Source: Thermoplasmata archaeon
GTDB lineage: Archaea > Thermoplasmatota > SW-10-69-26 > JACQPN01 > JAJPHT01
Assembly (NCBI GenBank): GCA_034667685.1
Contig: JAXDQU010000021.1
Span: forward strand, 1 to 64,000
DNA length: 64,000 nucleotides
Direction of reading: 5' to 3'
Shown: positions 35,828 through 45,779 of the stretch, piece after piece
How the letters are laid out: every line of letters begins with the position of its first letter
How positions within the stretch are numbered: the first letter of the stretch is position 1
Translations under genes and position numbers: made by a program
The notes under the pieces: model-generated
What the model was told of the DNA's origin: nothing
The model's input: the letters and a program-made list of their open reading frames with translations, nothing else
Databases searched by the model: none

Positions 35828-37180
35828 ATGACTGTCTCGACTCGAATGCTCTTCATCGCCGTCCTCGCGCTCGTGGCGGCGCCGGTGCTCGCCGGCTGCG
35901 CCACCAACAACAACACCACGAGCACCTCCTCGACGCCCGCGAGCTCGACGGTCTCGTCGACGACGCCCTCCACGCCCTCGGGCGGCAACCAGTGCGTCGC
36001 GCCCGCGGCGGGCGCCGCGGTCCCCGGCGCGGTCGAGCTGCACCTGGGCATCATGATGCCGCTCACCGGCGGCCTCTCCAGCCTCGGCCCCGACATGTGC
36101 GGCGGCGCGCTGCTGGCCGTCAAGGAGATCAACGCGGCGAACCTGGGCGTCCACATCACCGCGGACGTCGCGGACGACAAGACCTCCAACAGCGCGGACG
36201 CGCCCAACACGTTCCAGCGCCTCGTGGGCGGCGGCGCCACCGCCATCGTGGGCCCCTGCTGCTCGGGCGTCACCAGCTCGATCCTCAGCGCGGCCGGCGA
36301 CGGCCAGGTCGTGGTCGCCTCCCCCTCCGCCACGGCGGTCTCGCTCGTGGACTCGGGCAACGGCTTCTTCTGGCGCATCTCGCCCTCCGACGCGATCCAG
36401 GGCCCCGTGCTCGCCAACGTCGTGAAGAACGACAGCGTGACGAGCGTCTCCATCATCGCGGTCAACAACGCCTACGGCCAGGGCCTCGTGGCGTCGTTCA
36501 CGCCCGCCTTCACCGCCAAGGGCGGCAGCGTCGTCACCACGCAGAAGTACGCCGAGACCGGCGCCTCCGACTTCTCCTCGCAGGTCACCGCGGCGTGCAA
36601 CGGCAACCCGCAGGCCGTCGTCATCTTCGGCTACATCGCCGAGGGCGCGCTGATCCTCAAGGAGATGCAGAAGGAGGGCTGCCTGAGCAAGGTCAAGCTC
36701 TACGGCAGCGAGGGCCTCTACGACTCCGACTCCAAGAAGGGCCTCCCCACGCAGGCCGGCCAGGACTCCGCGGGCCACTGGCTCGCCGCCGGCGCGAAGG
36801 GCACCAACCCGCAGTCGGGCAACTCGTCGGTCTTCAACACGAAGTTCAACGCCGCCTACGGCCACGACCCCTCGCAGTACAGCGCCGAGAGCTACGACGC
36901 CGTGATGTACATCGCGCTCGCGGCCCTGAAGGCGAACAGCGCGAAGGGCGCCGACATCAAGGCGAACCTGCTCGCCGTCGCCAACCCGCCGGGCCAGAAG
37001 TGCACCGAGTGGGCCGCCTGCGCCGCGCTCGCCAAGGCCGGCCAGGACCTGGACTACCAGGGCTACGCGCACGACTTCCAGTTCAGTGACAAGCACGAGC
37101 CCCAGAGCGGGTTCTACAGCGTCTGGAAGGTCGGCGACGACGGCAAGGTCGCCACCGTCGCCACCGACCAGACGGCGTAA
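35828..37180 (+). CDS. Branched-chain amino acid ABC substrate-binding lipoprotein (LivK-like)
   Basis: LAGC, PLTG.LS.LG, IVGP..S, SPSAT, R..PSD, YDA. Confidence 0.9.
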   Translation: MTVSTRMLFIAVLALVAAPVLAGCATNNNTTSTSSTPASSTVSSTTPSTPSGGNQCVAPAAGAAVPGAVELHLGIMMPLTGGLSSLGPDMCGGALLAVKEINAANLGVHITADVADDKTSNSADAPNTFQRLVGGGATAIVGPCCSGVTSSILSAAGDGQVVVASPSATAVSLVDSGNGFFWRISPSDAIQGPVLANVVKNDSVTSVSIIAVNNAYGQGLVASFTPAFTAKGGSVVTTQKYAETGASDFSSQVTAACNGNPQAVVIFGYIAEGALILKEMQKEGCLSKVKLYGSEGLYDSDSKKGLPTQAGQDSAGHWLAAGAKGTNPQSGNSSVFNTKFNAAYGHDPSQYSAESYDAVMYIALAALKANSAKGADIKANLLAVANPPGQKCTEWAACAALAKAGQDLDYQGYAHDFQFSDKHEPQSGFYSVWKVGDDGKVATVATDQTA

Positions 37181-37193
37181 GCTCTCGCCCCCG

Positions 37194-37228
37194 GGGCGCC
37201 CGGCGCCCATTTTCTTTTCTCTTTCCTT
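37194..37228 (+). terminator. Hairpin plus T-rich terminator
   Basis: gggcgcc/ggcgccc followed by ttttcttttctctttcctt. Confidence 0.55.
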
Positions 37229-37243
37229 GCTCAGCGCGGGCTC

Positions 37244-37321
37244 AACACGAAGAGCACCAAGCCACGAAGGCACGAAGTCCCAGAAGCTTCGTGCTCTTCG
37301 TGGCTTGGTGCTCTTCGTGTT
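37244..37321. repeat. CACGAAG-unit palindrome
   Basis: aacacgaagagcaccaagccacgaag-gcacgaag pairs with its reverse complement, one bulge. Confidence 0.9.
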
Positions 37322-37332
37322 AGTCGGCTGCG

Positions 37333-37839
37333 TCAGCTCGCGTCCCGATCGTCGAGCGCGTGGCCATCGCCCGGGGACGCGAGGTCCTCCAGCTCCTTTC
37401 CCCCCAGCTCGTAGGGGATCCACGGCTGGCGGCGCGCGCCGAGCGCCTCGTAGAAGCGGTGCGCGTCGGCGTTCCAGTCGAGCACGACCCAGGCCATGCG
37501 CGCGCAGCCGCGGCGCATCGTCTCGCGGGCGAGCGTCGCGACGAGGGCGCGGGCGATCCCGTGGCGGCGCGCGGAGGCCGTGACGAACAGGTCCTCCAGG
37601 TAGAGCACCGGCCTCGCGCGGAACGTCGAGTACGTCTCGAAGAACGCCGCGTACGCGACGACCTTGCCCTCCAGCTCCGCGACGAGCAGCTCGACGCGCG
37701 GCCTTGCGCCGAACGCGTCCTCGCGCAGCCGCGGGGCGGCGTCGGCGGGCGGGCCCTCCATCTTCTCGAAGACGGCCAGCTCGCGCGTGAGGCCGACGAT
37801 GGCGGGGAGGTCCTCGGGGCGCGCGTGGCGGACGATCAT
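37333..37839 (-). CDS. GNAT acetyltransferase (SSAT-like)
   Basis: ELAVFEK, YSTF, LYLEDLFV...RRHGI, VLDWN..A..FY. Confidence 0.92.
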   Translation of the reverse strand: MIVRHARPEDLPAIVGLTRELAVFEKMEGPPADAAPRLREDAFGARPRVELLVAELEGKVVAYAAFFETYSTFRARPVLYLEDLFVTASARRHGIARALVATLARETMRRGCARMAWVVLDWNADAHRFYEALGARRQPWIPYELGGKELEDLASPGDGHALDDRDAS

Positions 37840-37876
37840 GCGCCGCGCAACCCACCGCGGGCGCAAAGCAGCTTTG

Positions 37877-38587
37877 ATGAGGCCTGCCGCGCGTGGCGCT
37901 CGCGTGCGAGGCTGGCCGTTCCCCTGGTTCAGCGTGGCGTGGCTGGCGCTCGTCAGCGTCGTCGTGATGGTCAAGAACGGCGCGGTGGGCATCCTGCCGC
38001 TGGACGTCCAGCACGCCGTGGGCTTCACGCCGACGGACTTCTACGCGCACCCGTGGGCCGCGCTGCGCTCGCCCCTCGCGCTGCTGTTCAACAACGACGC
38101 CGTGCAGTACAGCTACGTCACGGCCATCTTCATGCTCGCGGTGCCGGCGTTCGAGGTGCGCCACGGCTGGAAGCGCACGGCGTTCGTCTTCGGGGTGGGC
38201 GGCCTCGCGTCGGTCTTCCTCGTGACGCTGGCGATCCTCCTCCCCGCGTGGTGGCTGCTGCCGGATAACGCCGTCGTGCTCCACAGCGTCACGCGCCCGT
38301 ACATGGGCGACAGCACCGCCGTGTTCGCCATCGCGGGCGCGCTCGCGGCGACCCTGCCCAGCAGGCGCGCCCGCTGGGGCATCCTCGCGGGCGCCGTGGC
38401 GTGGGAGTCGTTCCTCTTCGGGTACTTCTTCCACTTCGCGGAGCTGATCTCGCTCTTCCACTACACGGCGCTCTTCCTGGGCTTCGGCCTCGCGCGCACG
38501 GCGTGGTTCACGCGCATCCCCGACGCGGAGGGAAAGCGCAGCGCGACGGGCGCCGCCGGCGACATCGAGGACGCGGAGCCGGCCTAG
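37877..38587 (+). CDS. Rhomboid-like membrane protein
   Basis: Multi-TM, GDS motif and downstream His (SLFHY). Confidence 0.6.
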   Translation: MRPAARGARVRGWPFPWFSVAWLALVSVVVMVKNGAVGILPLDVQHAVGFTPTDFYAHPWAALRSPLALLFNNDAVQYSYVTAIFMLAVPAFEVRHGWKRTAFVFGVGGLASVFLVTLAILLPAWWLLPDNAVVLHSVTRPYMGDSTAVFAIAGALAATLPSRRARWGILAGAVAWESFLFGYFFHFAELISLFHYTALFLGFGLARTAWFTRIPDAEGKRSATGAAGDIEDAEPA

Positions 38588-38640
38588 GCGAATTTCGTTT
38601 CGAGGCGCTCCGGTCGCAAAAGGTCGTTTGCCGGCGCCTC

Positions 38641-38700
38641 TTTCCCAACACCGAGAATCCGCGTCATCCGCGGATGCCTCGGATGCGCGGTGTCGGGAAA
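38641..38700. repeat. Intergenic palindrome between convergent genes
   Basis: tttcccaacaccg...atccg...cggat...cggtgtcgggaaa. Confidence 0.7.
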
Positions 38701-38710
38701 GGAGCGCCAC

Positions 38711-39790
38711 TCAACCGAGCTTGTGCAGCGCGCCCTCTTCGGCCCGCTTGCAGATCGCCGACTCGCGCTCCAGGTAGCGATTGATCCCGATCACCGCGAT
38801 CTCGCTGCCGTACTCCGCGATGCGGCGGATGGACCACGCGAGGCTGCGCAGGCTCGCGACGAGCGCGGGGTCCTCGTGGCGCTTCAGGATGTCCGTGAGG
38901 ATCTCCTCCTCGACGCGCTCGACCTCGGCCTGGGCTTCGAGCGCCTTGTTGGCGAGCTTCAGGTCGTGGGTGAAGATGCACGCGAGGCCGTCCTGCACGA
39001 TCTTGGCGGAGAGGTCGCTGACGCGCTGGATGCGCTTGAGCAGCGGCGCTTCGAGCGTGGCCTTCTGCTCCAGGATGTCGAGCACGCTCTTGGCGATGTT
39101 GTCGGCGTAGTCCGCGACGTGCTCCAGGTTCTTGCAGATGAGGCGGTTGCCCACGATGGGAAGCTGGTCGACGATGCCGATCTGCTCGGCGACCTGCGGG
39201 TCCACCTGCGCGGTGAGGAGGAGCCGGAGCGCGAGCCAGTAGACCTTGTCGGCCTCGTCCTCGCGGCCGCGCGCGTCCTCGGCCAGGCGCGCGTCGCGCG
39301 TGACGAGCGCCTCGATGGCCTCCTTCTGCATCGTCGCGCCGATGGTGTAGAGGCGCTTGATGACCGTCTCCATCGGGAAGCGCGCGGCGTCGATGCTGCA
39401 CTGCAGCTCGATCGTGTCGGGCGTCTCCAGCATGATGCCCATGCCCGTGAGGTTGGAGGCCGCGTCGCGCACCTCGCGGATCTGCTCGCTCTTGATGCGC
39501 GTCTTGCTCCGGATGACGAGGTGGCTGCGGCCGATGACGTAGTTGCCCACGACGATGCGCCCCAGCATGCCCTTGTCTGTGGCGAGGTCGGCGTTCACGA
39601 CGTACACCGCGTCCCGGATCTTCGGGCCGCCCAGCTTCGAGGGGGCGATGCGCAGGCTCCCGTCGCGCAGGTCCTCGAAGAGCAGGATGTCGCCCTTCTC
39701 GATGCCGGTGCGCTCGGCCCACTCTTTCGGGAGGCTGACGCTCAGGGTCGACGTGCCGACCTTCTGGACTTTCCGGCTCTCCACGGTCAT
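38711..39790 (-). CDS. phoU: Archaeal phosphate uptake regulator (AbrB + PhoU domains)
   Basis: RKVQKVG.ST..VSLPKEWA; two PhoU repeats (LEHVADY, IRRIAEY). Confidence 0.92.
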   Translation of the reverse strand: MTVESRKVQKVGTSTLSVSLPKEWAERTGIEKGDILLFEDLRDGSLRIAPSKLGGPKIRDAVYVVNADLATDKGMLGRIVVGNYVIGRSHLVIRSKTRIKSEQIREVRDAASNLTGMGIMLETPDTIELQCSIDAARFPMETVIKRLYTIGATMQKEAIEALVTRDARLAEDARGREDEADKVYWLALRLLLTAQVDPQVAEQIGIVDQLPIVGNRLICKNLEHVADYADNIAKSVLDILEQKATLEAPLLKRIQRVSDLSAKIVQDGLACIFTHDLKLANKALEAQAEVERVEEEILTDILKRHEDPALVASLRSLAWSIRRIAEYGSEIAVIGINRYLERESAICKRAEEGALHKLG

Positions 39791-39874
39791 GATGCGGTCA
39801 TTACAAGCGGCCGGAAATATATACCTGCGCGTCGCCGCGTCAACCCTTATGGCGCGGCCGCGAGTGGGCCACCC

Positions 39875-40729
39875 GTGCTGCGCGCGGCGCTCGTGGGATT
39901 CCTCCTGCTCGCCCCGCTCGCGGCCGCGCAGACGCCCGTCATCGTGAACTACCACGTTTGGCCCGACCCGGAGGCGGGGAAGCCCGACGCCGATCCGTTC
40001 AGCGCGCCCGGCGTCGCGCCGCTGCCCGGCCTGCCCGGCGACCGGATGCCCGCGACGCGCGCGGACGCCGTCGAGGACGCCGACCCCGCGCCGGGAGGCA
40101 ACCCCGACAGCAGCGTCGCGCACCTGCAGGAATTCCAGCGCCTCCTCGCCCTGCGCGGCGCGACCGGCGCGGGCGCGACGATCGACGTGGAGGGCGCGGC
40201 GCAGCCCGGCGCGCTCCTCGTGCGCGTCAACGTGACCGCCACCGAGGCGCTCGGCGCGACCGAGACGCGCGTGGTGCTCGTGGAGGACGATGCCGGCCAC
40301 CGCTTCGCGGCCCGGAACGCGAGCGCCCCCCTCGCGGCGAACCTCAGCGCGGGCCAGTCGGCGTCCTTCGACGTGACGCTCCCGCTGGGCGCCGCGGACG
40401 CGCAGAAGGTCGGCGTGGTCGTCACGGTCCGCGCGCTCGACGCGGTCGGCCCGCGCCAGGCGGGCGAGGTCGTCAACGCCGCCTCGTGGTCCGTCAGGCA
40501 GGGTGCGCCCACGCGCCAGGTCGAGAAGGCGGTCCTCCTGGAGCACGTCACCGCGACGTGGTGCGAGCCGTGCGGCCCGAGCGACCAGGCGCTGGCGCTC
40601 CTCGCCGCGCGCACCGCGCCCCAGGAGAGCGGCGCGCGCTATCTCCAGCCGCCCACGCCGTGGACCGTCGCCGGCCTCGCGCTCGGCGCCGGCGCCCTCC
40701 TCCTCCTTGTCCGGAGGCGCGCGGCGTGA
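39875..40729 (+). CDS. Membrane-anchored secreted thioredoxin/Omp28-like CxxC protein
   Basis: Signal peptide, VLLEHVTATWCEPC, C-terminal TM-RRR. Confidence 0.75.
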   Translation: MLRAALVGFLLLAPLAAAQTPVIVNYHVWPDPEAGKPDADPFSAPGVAPLPGLPGDRMPATRADAVEDADPAPGGNPDSSVAHLQEFQRLLALRGATGAGATIDVEGAAQPGALLVRVNVTATEALGATETRVVLVEDDAGHRFAARNASAPLAANLSAGQSASFDVTLPLGAADAQKVGVVVTVRALDAVGPRQAGEVVNAASWSVRQGAPTRQVEKAVLLEHVTATWCEPCGPSDQALALLAARTAPQESGARYLQPPTPWTVAGLALGAGALLLLVRRRAA

Positions 40730-43167
40730 CGCTGGGCGCGATCCTGCTGGCGCTCGCCGCGCTCCTCGCGCTCGCCGCGATGCTATCACCTGCCCGCTGG
40801 CGCCGCGCGCTGGCCGCCGCGCACGCGAGCGCCGTGCTCCTGGCCTTCGCGGTGATGCTCCTCGCGTTCCTCGGCACCGACCTCTCCTATGCCTACGTCT
40901 GGGACCACACGAACGCCAGCTATCCGTGGTCCTACAAGCTCGCGGGGCTCTGGGGCGGCGAGGAGGGCACGCTGCTCCTGTGGAACGCCGCGCTCGCCGC
41001 CTTCCTCGTGCCCGTGCTGCGCAAGGACCGCGTCGCGGGCGGCTTCCTCCTCGCCATGAGCGGCGGCCTCGCGCTCGTGAACCTGCTCGCGGGCGCGTTC
41101 GACGCCGCCGACCCCGCGCAGGTCGTCTTCGCGCCCGCGGGCCGCGGCCTCGCCGACGTGCTGCTCACGCCGCTCATGGTCATCCACCCGCCCGTGCAGT
41201 TCCTGGGCTACGCGCTCATGGCCGTGCCCGCCGCGTACATGCTCGCGGGCTGGTGGCGCCAGGATGTGCGCGGCGTCGCCCCGAGCGCCTACGCCTGGGC
41301 GCGCGTGGCGTGGCTCTTCGCGACGCTCGGCCTCGGCCTGGGCGCGCTCTGGGCCTACTACGTGCTATCGTTCGGCGGATACTGGGCGTGGGACCCCGTC
41401 GAGGTCTCGAACCTCCTGCCCTGGCTCGCGCTCACCGCGTTCCTCCACGCGGGCAAGGCGCTGCGCGACCGCGGCGACCACCCGCTCGCGGCGCCCACGC
41501 TCGCCTTCGGCGCGCACGCGCTCACGCTCTTCGCCACGTTCGCCACGCGCAGCGGCCTCTGGGTCAGCGTCCACGCCTTCACCGACCCGACGAACCGCTT
41601 CGAGCCCGACGCGGGCCTGCGCCTGCTCGCGATCCTCGCCGTCCACCCCGAGAGCCGGCTGCTCCTGGGCCTCCTGTCCGCGACGGTGCTATCAGGCTTC
41701 GCGCTCTTCGCCTGGAGCCACGCGAAGGGCATCCTCCTGCGCGCGTGGGCCGCCCTTCTCCTGCTGCTCGCGGGCATCGCGGCGCTCGACCCCGCCTTCG
41801 CGTGGGGGCTCGTCCTCCAGGCGGGCGCGATCGTCCCGTACGGCGCCGCGATCCTCCTGCTCGCGCTGCTGGGCGGCCCGCTCGCGCTCGCGTTCCTCGA
41901 CGCCGAGGAGGGGCGCCGCAAGCTCGCGCTCGACCCGCGGACTTTGCTATCAACGGCCGTCGTGCTCCTGGCGGTCGGCCTCGCCGTCGCGCTGCTCCTC
42001 GACCTCCAGGTCGTCAACGGCAGCGACCGCGCCCTCTTCGACGAACGCGCCCCCCTCGTCGTCATCCCGCTCGTGAGCGCGCTGACGCTCCTGCTGGCCC
42101 TCGGGCCGCTGGGCAAGCGCGGCGCGACGATTTTGGCGGGTGTGGGCCTCGCCGCGGGGCTCGCCGGCTTCGCCCTCTTCCCGCAGGCGCGCGTCGTCGC
42201 CCTCGCCGCCCCGCCCCTCGCCGCCGGCATCGCCGCCGCGCTGCTCAAGGTCGCGCAGGTGCAAGGCCCCGCAAGCGACGCGCGCCTCAAGGTCGCGGGC
42301 CTTTCCTCGGGCGCCGCCGCGCTGCTCGGCCTCGTCATGTGGGGCAACCCGCCCACGTGGGTCCTCCGCCTCGCCATCCCCCCAGGCGCCAGCCTCGCGC
42401 TCGGTTTCCTCGGAGTCGCGCTCGCGGCGCTGGGGCTCGCCGGCGCTTTCCTCGCCTGGCGCGGACGCGCGTTCGCATGGGCCCTCGCGGGCTCGCTCGC
42501 CGCCGCGCTCACGCTGGGCTACGGCGTCGGCCTCGTGCTGGGCCTCGTAGGCGCGGGGCTCGTCGCCATGCAGCGCGACCGCTTCGCCCCGCCCGCCGCT
42601 GCCCGCGCGCTGGGCCCGCGCCTGCGCGAGACGGGCATCTACGTCATCCACTTCGCGCTGCTCGTGGGGCTCCTGGGCTACGCCGCGAGCACGTACAGCC
42701 AGGACCGCGAGGTGTTCGCCGCCGAGCCGCCCGACGCCATCCTCCAGGCGGGCGGCCACTCGTTCGCGCTCCAGGGCGCGCAGCCCACGCTCGCCGAGGG
42801 CGGCATCCAGTCGCTCGTCGTCCCCATCCGCGTCGACGACGGCGGCGGCACCCCGCTGCGCTTCGGCTGGGCGGGCAACCACTACGCCGGCGCGCTGGAG
42901 GTCCGCCGCGCCCTCGCCGAGGACGTGTACGTCACGCCGCTCGCCTTCCACACGCCCGCCGGCTGGGTCGGCGCCAACAGCGTCGGCAGCATGGCGCCCG
43001 CCGGCCCGGTCGACGCCGTCTCGCTGAGCATCACCGTCCTGCCGCTCGTCGGCCTCGTCTGGAGCGGGCTCTGGGGCATGCTCCTCGGGATGCTGCTCGT
43101 GCTATCAGGCGTCGCGCTGGAGCGGCGCAGCGCTGAAATACCGCCGGGGGGTTCGCGCCGGACGTGA
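40726..43167 (+). CDS. ccmF: Cytochrome c biogenesis protein CcmF-like
   Basis: WGGEEGTLLLW, HPP, WAYYVLSFGGYWAWDPVE, TRSG..SVHAF. Confidence 0.9.
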   Translation: MTLGAILLALAALLALAAMLSPARWRRALAAAHASAVLLAFAVMLLAFLGTDLSYAYVWDHTNASYPWSYKLAGLWGGEEGTLLLWNAALAAFLVPVLRKDRVAGGFLLAMSGGLALVNLLAGAFDAADPAQVVFAPAGRGLADVLLTPLMVIHPPVQFLGYALMAVPAAYMLAGWWRQDVRGVAPSAYAWARVAWLFATLGLGLGALWAYYVLSFGGYWAWDPVEVSNLLPWLALTAFLHAGKALRDRGDHPLAAPTLAFGAHALTLFATFATRSGLWVSVHAFTDPTNRFEPDAGLRLLAILAVHPESRLLLGLLSATVLSGFALFAWSHAKGILLRAWAALLLLLAGIAALDPAFAWGLVLQAGAIVPYGAAILLLALLGGPLALAFLDAEEGRRKLALDPRTLLSTAVVLLAVGLAVALLLDLQVVNGSDRALFDERAPLVVIPLVSALTLLLALGPLGKRGATILAGVGLAAGLAGFALFPQARVVALAAPPLAAGIAAALLKVAQVQGPASDARLKVAGLSSGAAALLGLVMWGNPPTWVLRLAIPPGASLALGFLGVALAALGLAGAFLAWRGRAFAWALAGSLAAALTLGYGVGLVLGLVGAGLVAMQRDRFAPPAAARALGPRLRETGIYVIHFALLVGLLGYAASTYSQDREVFAAEPPDAILQAGGHSFALQGAQPTLAEGGIQSLVVPIRVDDGGGTPLRFGWAGNHYAGALEVRRALAEDVYVTPLAFHTPAGWVGANSVGSMAPAGPVDAVSLSITVLPLVGLVWSGLWGMLLGMLLVLSGVALERRSAEIPPGGSRRT

Positions 43168-43778
43168 ACCCGTTGACCATCGTGGGCGGCCTCGTGCTGC
43201 TCTTCCTGGCGCCCGGGTTCCTGCTTCTCGCCGCGCTCTTCCCGGGCCGGCGCTACTTCGACGCCTTCCACCCGATCGCGCTCCCCGCCCTCTCGGTCGT
43301 GGCGAGCGTCGCGATCCTCATCGTCGCGGGCACGATCCTCGGCTTCCTGCCCGGCGGCCCCGGCGGCCTGGGGTGGTTCCAGGGCAACCAGGACGGCGCG
43401 CCCGTGATCGAGCTGACGCTGGGCGGCCTCTGCGTCGTCCTCTTCGCGGTGGCATGGTGGCGCGGCGCCTTCCCGCTGCTGGGCCGCAGCGCCGAATACC
43501 CAAGCTGGACGGAGCGCGGCGAGCCCGAGGAGGTGACGCGCCTGCGCGGCCTGCGCCTGGAGGAGGAGCGCCTGCGCAAGGAGGCCATCCGCGTCCGGCG
43601 CCGCGCGCGCGAGAGCCGCGACGTGGGCGTGCGCACCGCGCTCAACGAGGCCGCCGACGAGCTGGACGCCGAGCGCAAGACGCTGGGCAGCAAGGCGCGC
43701 GCCGAGGAGGAGGCGGCCGGCGAGCGCCGCTACGGCAAGAAGGCGTCGAGCCAGCGCTGGCGCCTGACCCGCCGGTGA
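43164..43778 (+). CDS. DUF1616-like membrane protein with coiled C-terminus
   Basis: LF.PGF....ALFP, LSV..S.A. Confidence 0.7.
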   Translation: MNPLTIVGGLVLLFLAPGFLLLAALFPGRRYFDAFHPIALPALSVVASVAILIVAGTILGFLPGGPGGLGWFQGNQDGAPVIELTLGGLCVVLFAVAWWRGAFPLLGRSAEYPSWTERGEPEEVTRLRGLRLEEERLRKEAIRVRRRARESRDVGVRTALNEAADELDAERKTLGSKARAEEEAAGERRYGKKASSQRWRLTRR

Positions 43779-43835
43779 AGCCGACGGGCTCCGCGCGCGC
43801 AAGCGTCTTGTCTCGGACGTCCGCTCTCCACGCGC

Positions 43836-44042
43836 ATGACCAGGTCCCTCCTGCTCCTCGCGCTCGTCCTCGTGCCGCTCGCGCTCACGCCGCTGGCCGT
43901 CGCCGCCGCGCCCGAGTCGCCCGCGTACTTCACCCGCTGCCAGACGGCCGTCGCGGGCCTCAACTGCATCACGCCCGACGGCTGGTACTGCTGGGTCTGG
44001 GTCGATGCCGGCGTCCAGCAGGTCTGCTACCGCCCGCTGTGA
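43836..44042 (+). CDS. Small secreted 4-Cys peptide (68 aa)
   Basis: Signal peptide followed by 4 Cys and several aromatics. Confidence 0.6.
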   Translation: MTRSLLLLALVLVPLALTPLAVAAAPESPAYFTRCQTAVAGLNCITPDGWYCWVWVDAGVQQVCYRPL

Positions 44043-44070
44043 GCCGCGGTCCGCTCGCCGCTTCGCGGCG

Positions 44071-44135
44071 CCGCCAGCACGCCACGACGCCAAGGCCTCG
44101 TCGGTTGGCGTGTTGGCGTCGTGGCGTGCTGGCGG
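44071..44135. repeat. ACGCCA-unit palindrome
   Basis: Perfect 23-bp arms ccgccagcacgccacgacgccaa. Confidence 0.85.
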
Positions 44136-44226
44136 GGAAGCGGAGCGGTGGGACACGCACCCTGATATCACGCGCCGGACGACTGGCCACGGGCGGCCCG
44201 CCTTCGTCCACCCTGGTGCGGCTGCC

Positions 44227-44643
44227 CTACATCTTCTCTGCCACAACTTCTCCGGGCGAGATTTCCTCGTGGCGCAGCGCCAGCCACGCGGCGTCGACGA
44301 CGTGCACGTGCGCCTCCTCGACCTCGGGCGGCACGGCGCGCACGTCCGGGTACGCGAGCTGCACCGCGACGTGGACGCGCTCGTGGCTGTCGACCATCGC
44401 GACAGCCTGCCCTTCGTCCAGCCCGAGGCGCGCGCCCAGCCGCAGCACCGCGGCGACGTCGAGGAGGGTTGCGTAGAGCGGCGCGCCGTCGGGCCGGTCG
44501 CCCAGGCGGAACGTCACGCCCACGAGCCCCGCCACGGCGTACTCGGGCGGCACGGGAGGCCGCAGGCCGAGATGATAGACCAGCGTGTGGCGCGGGAAGC
44601 GCTGCACGATGCCCTCGCGGCGCAGGCGCGCTTCCCAGTCCAT
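44227..44643 (-). CDS. Hypothetical protein
   Basis: Host-like codon usage, no recognised motif. Confidence 0.6.
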   Translation of the reverse strand: MDWEARLRREGIVQRFPRHTLVYHLGLRPPVPPEYAVAGLVGVTFRLGDRPDGAPLYATLLDVAAVLRLGARLGLDEGQAVAMVDSHERVHVAVQLAYPDVRAVPPEVEEAHVHVVDAAWLALRHEEISPGEVVAEKM

Positions 44644-44646
44644 GAC

Positions 44647-44919
44647 TCAGGAGCACGTCCGCATCGCATCAATGGCGTTGCTCGTCGCGGGGGCGAGGTA
44701 GCCGGTGCTGGGGTCCGCGGTCACCGTCGCGGCGAAGAGGAAGCCGCCCACGCACACCGAGATCAGCGCGAACGCCAGCCACGTCATGGGCATCGCCGCA
44801 CGGGCGCGAAGCACCATGCCGCCGCCCACGAGCACCATGACGTAGCTGACGTCCAGCACCAGCCAGTCCCACGGAACCACCGGCCCGCACAAGCCCCCCC
44901 GCCTCTGCGCGTGGGGCAC
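44647..44919 (-). CDS. Small two-TM membrane protein
   Basis: Two hydrophobic segments; start uncertain. Confidence 0.5.
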   Translation of the reverse strand: MPHAQRRGGLCGPVVPWDWLVLDVSYVMVLVGGGMVLRARAAMPMTWLAFALISVCVGGFLFAATVTADPSTGYLAPATSNAIDAMRTCS

Positions 44920-44935
44920 ATGATCCTTTCCTCGA

Positions 44936-45769
44936 TCAGCTCAAGACCAGGGGGATGGAGACCAGCAGGGTGGCGACGCCGGCCCACTGCCAGGGGCGCA
45001 GCCGCTCGTGGAGCACCAGCGCGGCCCACGCGACGGTCGAGGCCGGGTAGAGCGAGCTGAGCACCGCGGCGACGTCGAGCCTTCCGAGCCGCTGCGCGAC
45101 GAGGTAGAGCAGGTTGCCCCCGACGTCGCACGCCATCGCCAGGAGCGCCAGCGGAAGGATGGCCCGCGCGCCGCGCACCGGCCGACGCAGCACGAGCACG
45201 AGTACCGCCAGGAGCAGCGCCGAGACGCCGCGGCTGACCGCGAGGGGCCACCACGTCCCCGCGACGCTCGCCTCGTGGATGCACACGAGGAATCCGCCGA
45301 AGCCCAGCCCGGCCAGCGCGCCCAGGCCCACGCCGCGCGCCTCGCCCGGCTGCGCGGAGACGAGCGCCACGCCCGCGAGCGCCAGCGCGAAGCCCAGCCA
45401 CGCGAGCGCGCCGGGCGCCCCCTGCGTGAACGCGCCGTACGCCACCGGGACCATCGCCGTGACGACGGCGGCCACCGGCGCGACGGCGCCCATGCGCCCG
45501 ATCGACAATCCCTGGTAGAGCGCGGTCAGGCCCACGACGCTCGCCACCGCGCTGCCCAGCGTCCACGCCAGCGCCGCGCCCCCCGGAAGCCCCTCGCCCG
45601 CCGCGAGCGCGATGGCGACCAGCACGAGCGTGCCGCCGGCGAGCGAGATCAGGACCGTGGCCCAGACGGTGCCGCGGCGCGTCGAGAGACCGCCCACGAA
45701 GTCGCCCGTGCCCCACGACACGCCCGCCGCGAGGGCGACGAGGGCGCCGAGGAACGCGGTGGGGTCCAC
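44936..45769 (-). CDS. EamA/DMT family transporter
   Basis: WG..DF.GG..TRR, V.P, SLYP, LHERL. Confidence 0.9.
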   Translation of the reverse strand: MDPTAFLGALVALAAGVSWGTGDFVGGLSTRRGTVWATVLISLAGGTLVLVAIALAAGEGLPGGAALAWTLGSAVASVVGLTALYQGLSIGRMGAVAPVAAVVTAMVPVAYGAFTQGAPGALAWLGFALALAGVALVSAQPGEARGVGLGALAGLGFGGFLVCIHEASVAGTWWPLAVSRGVSALLLAVLVLVLRRPVRGARAILPLALLAMACDVGGNLLYLVAQRLGRLDVAAVLSSLYPASTVAWAALVLHERLRPWQWAGVATLLVSIPLVLS

Positions 45770-45779
45770 GCGGCGCGAA

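Noticed and set aside
35828-37180. Orphan ABC binding protein as a novel system
   Set aside because: Unlinked substrate-binding proteins are common; the permeases may lie elsewhere.
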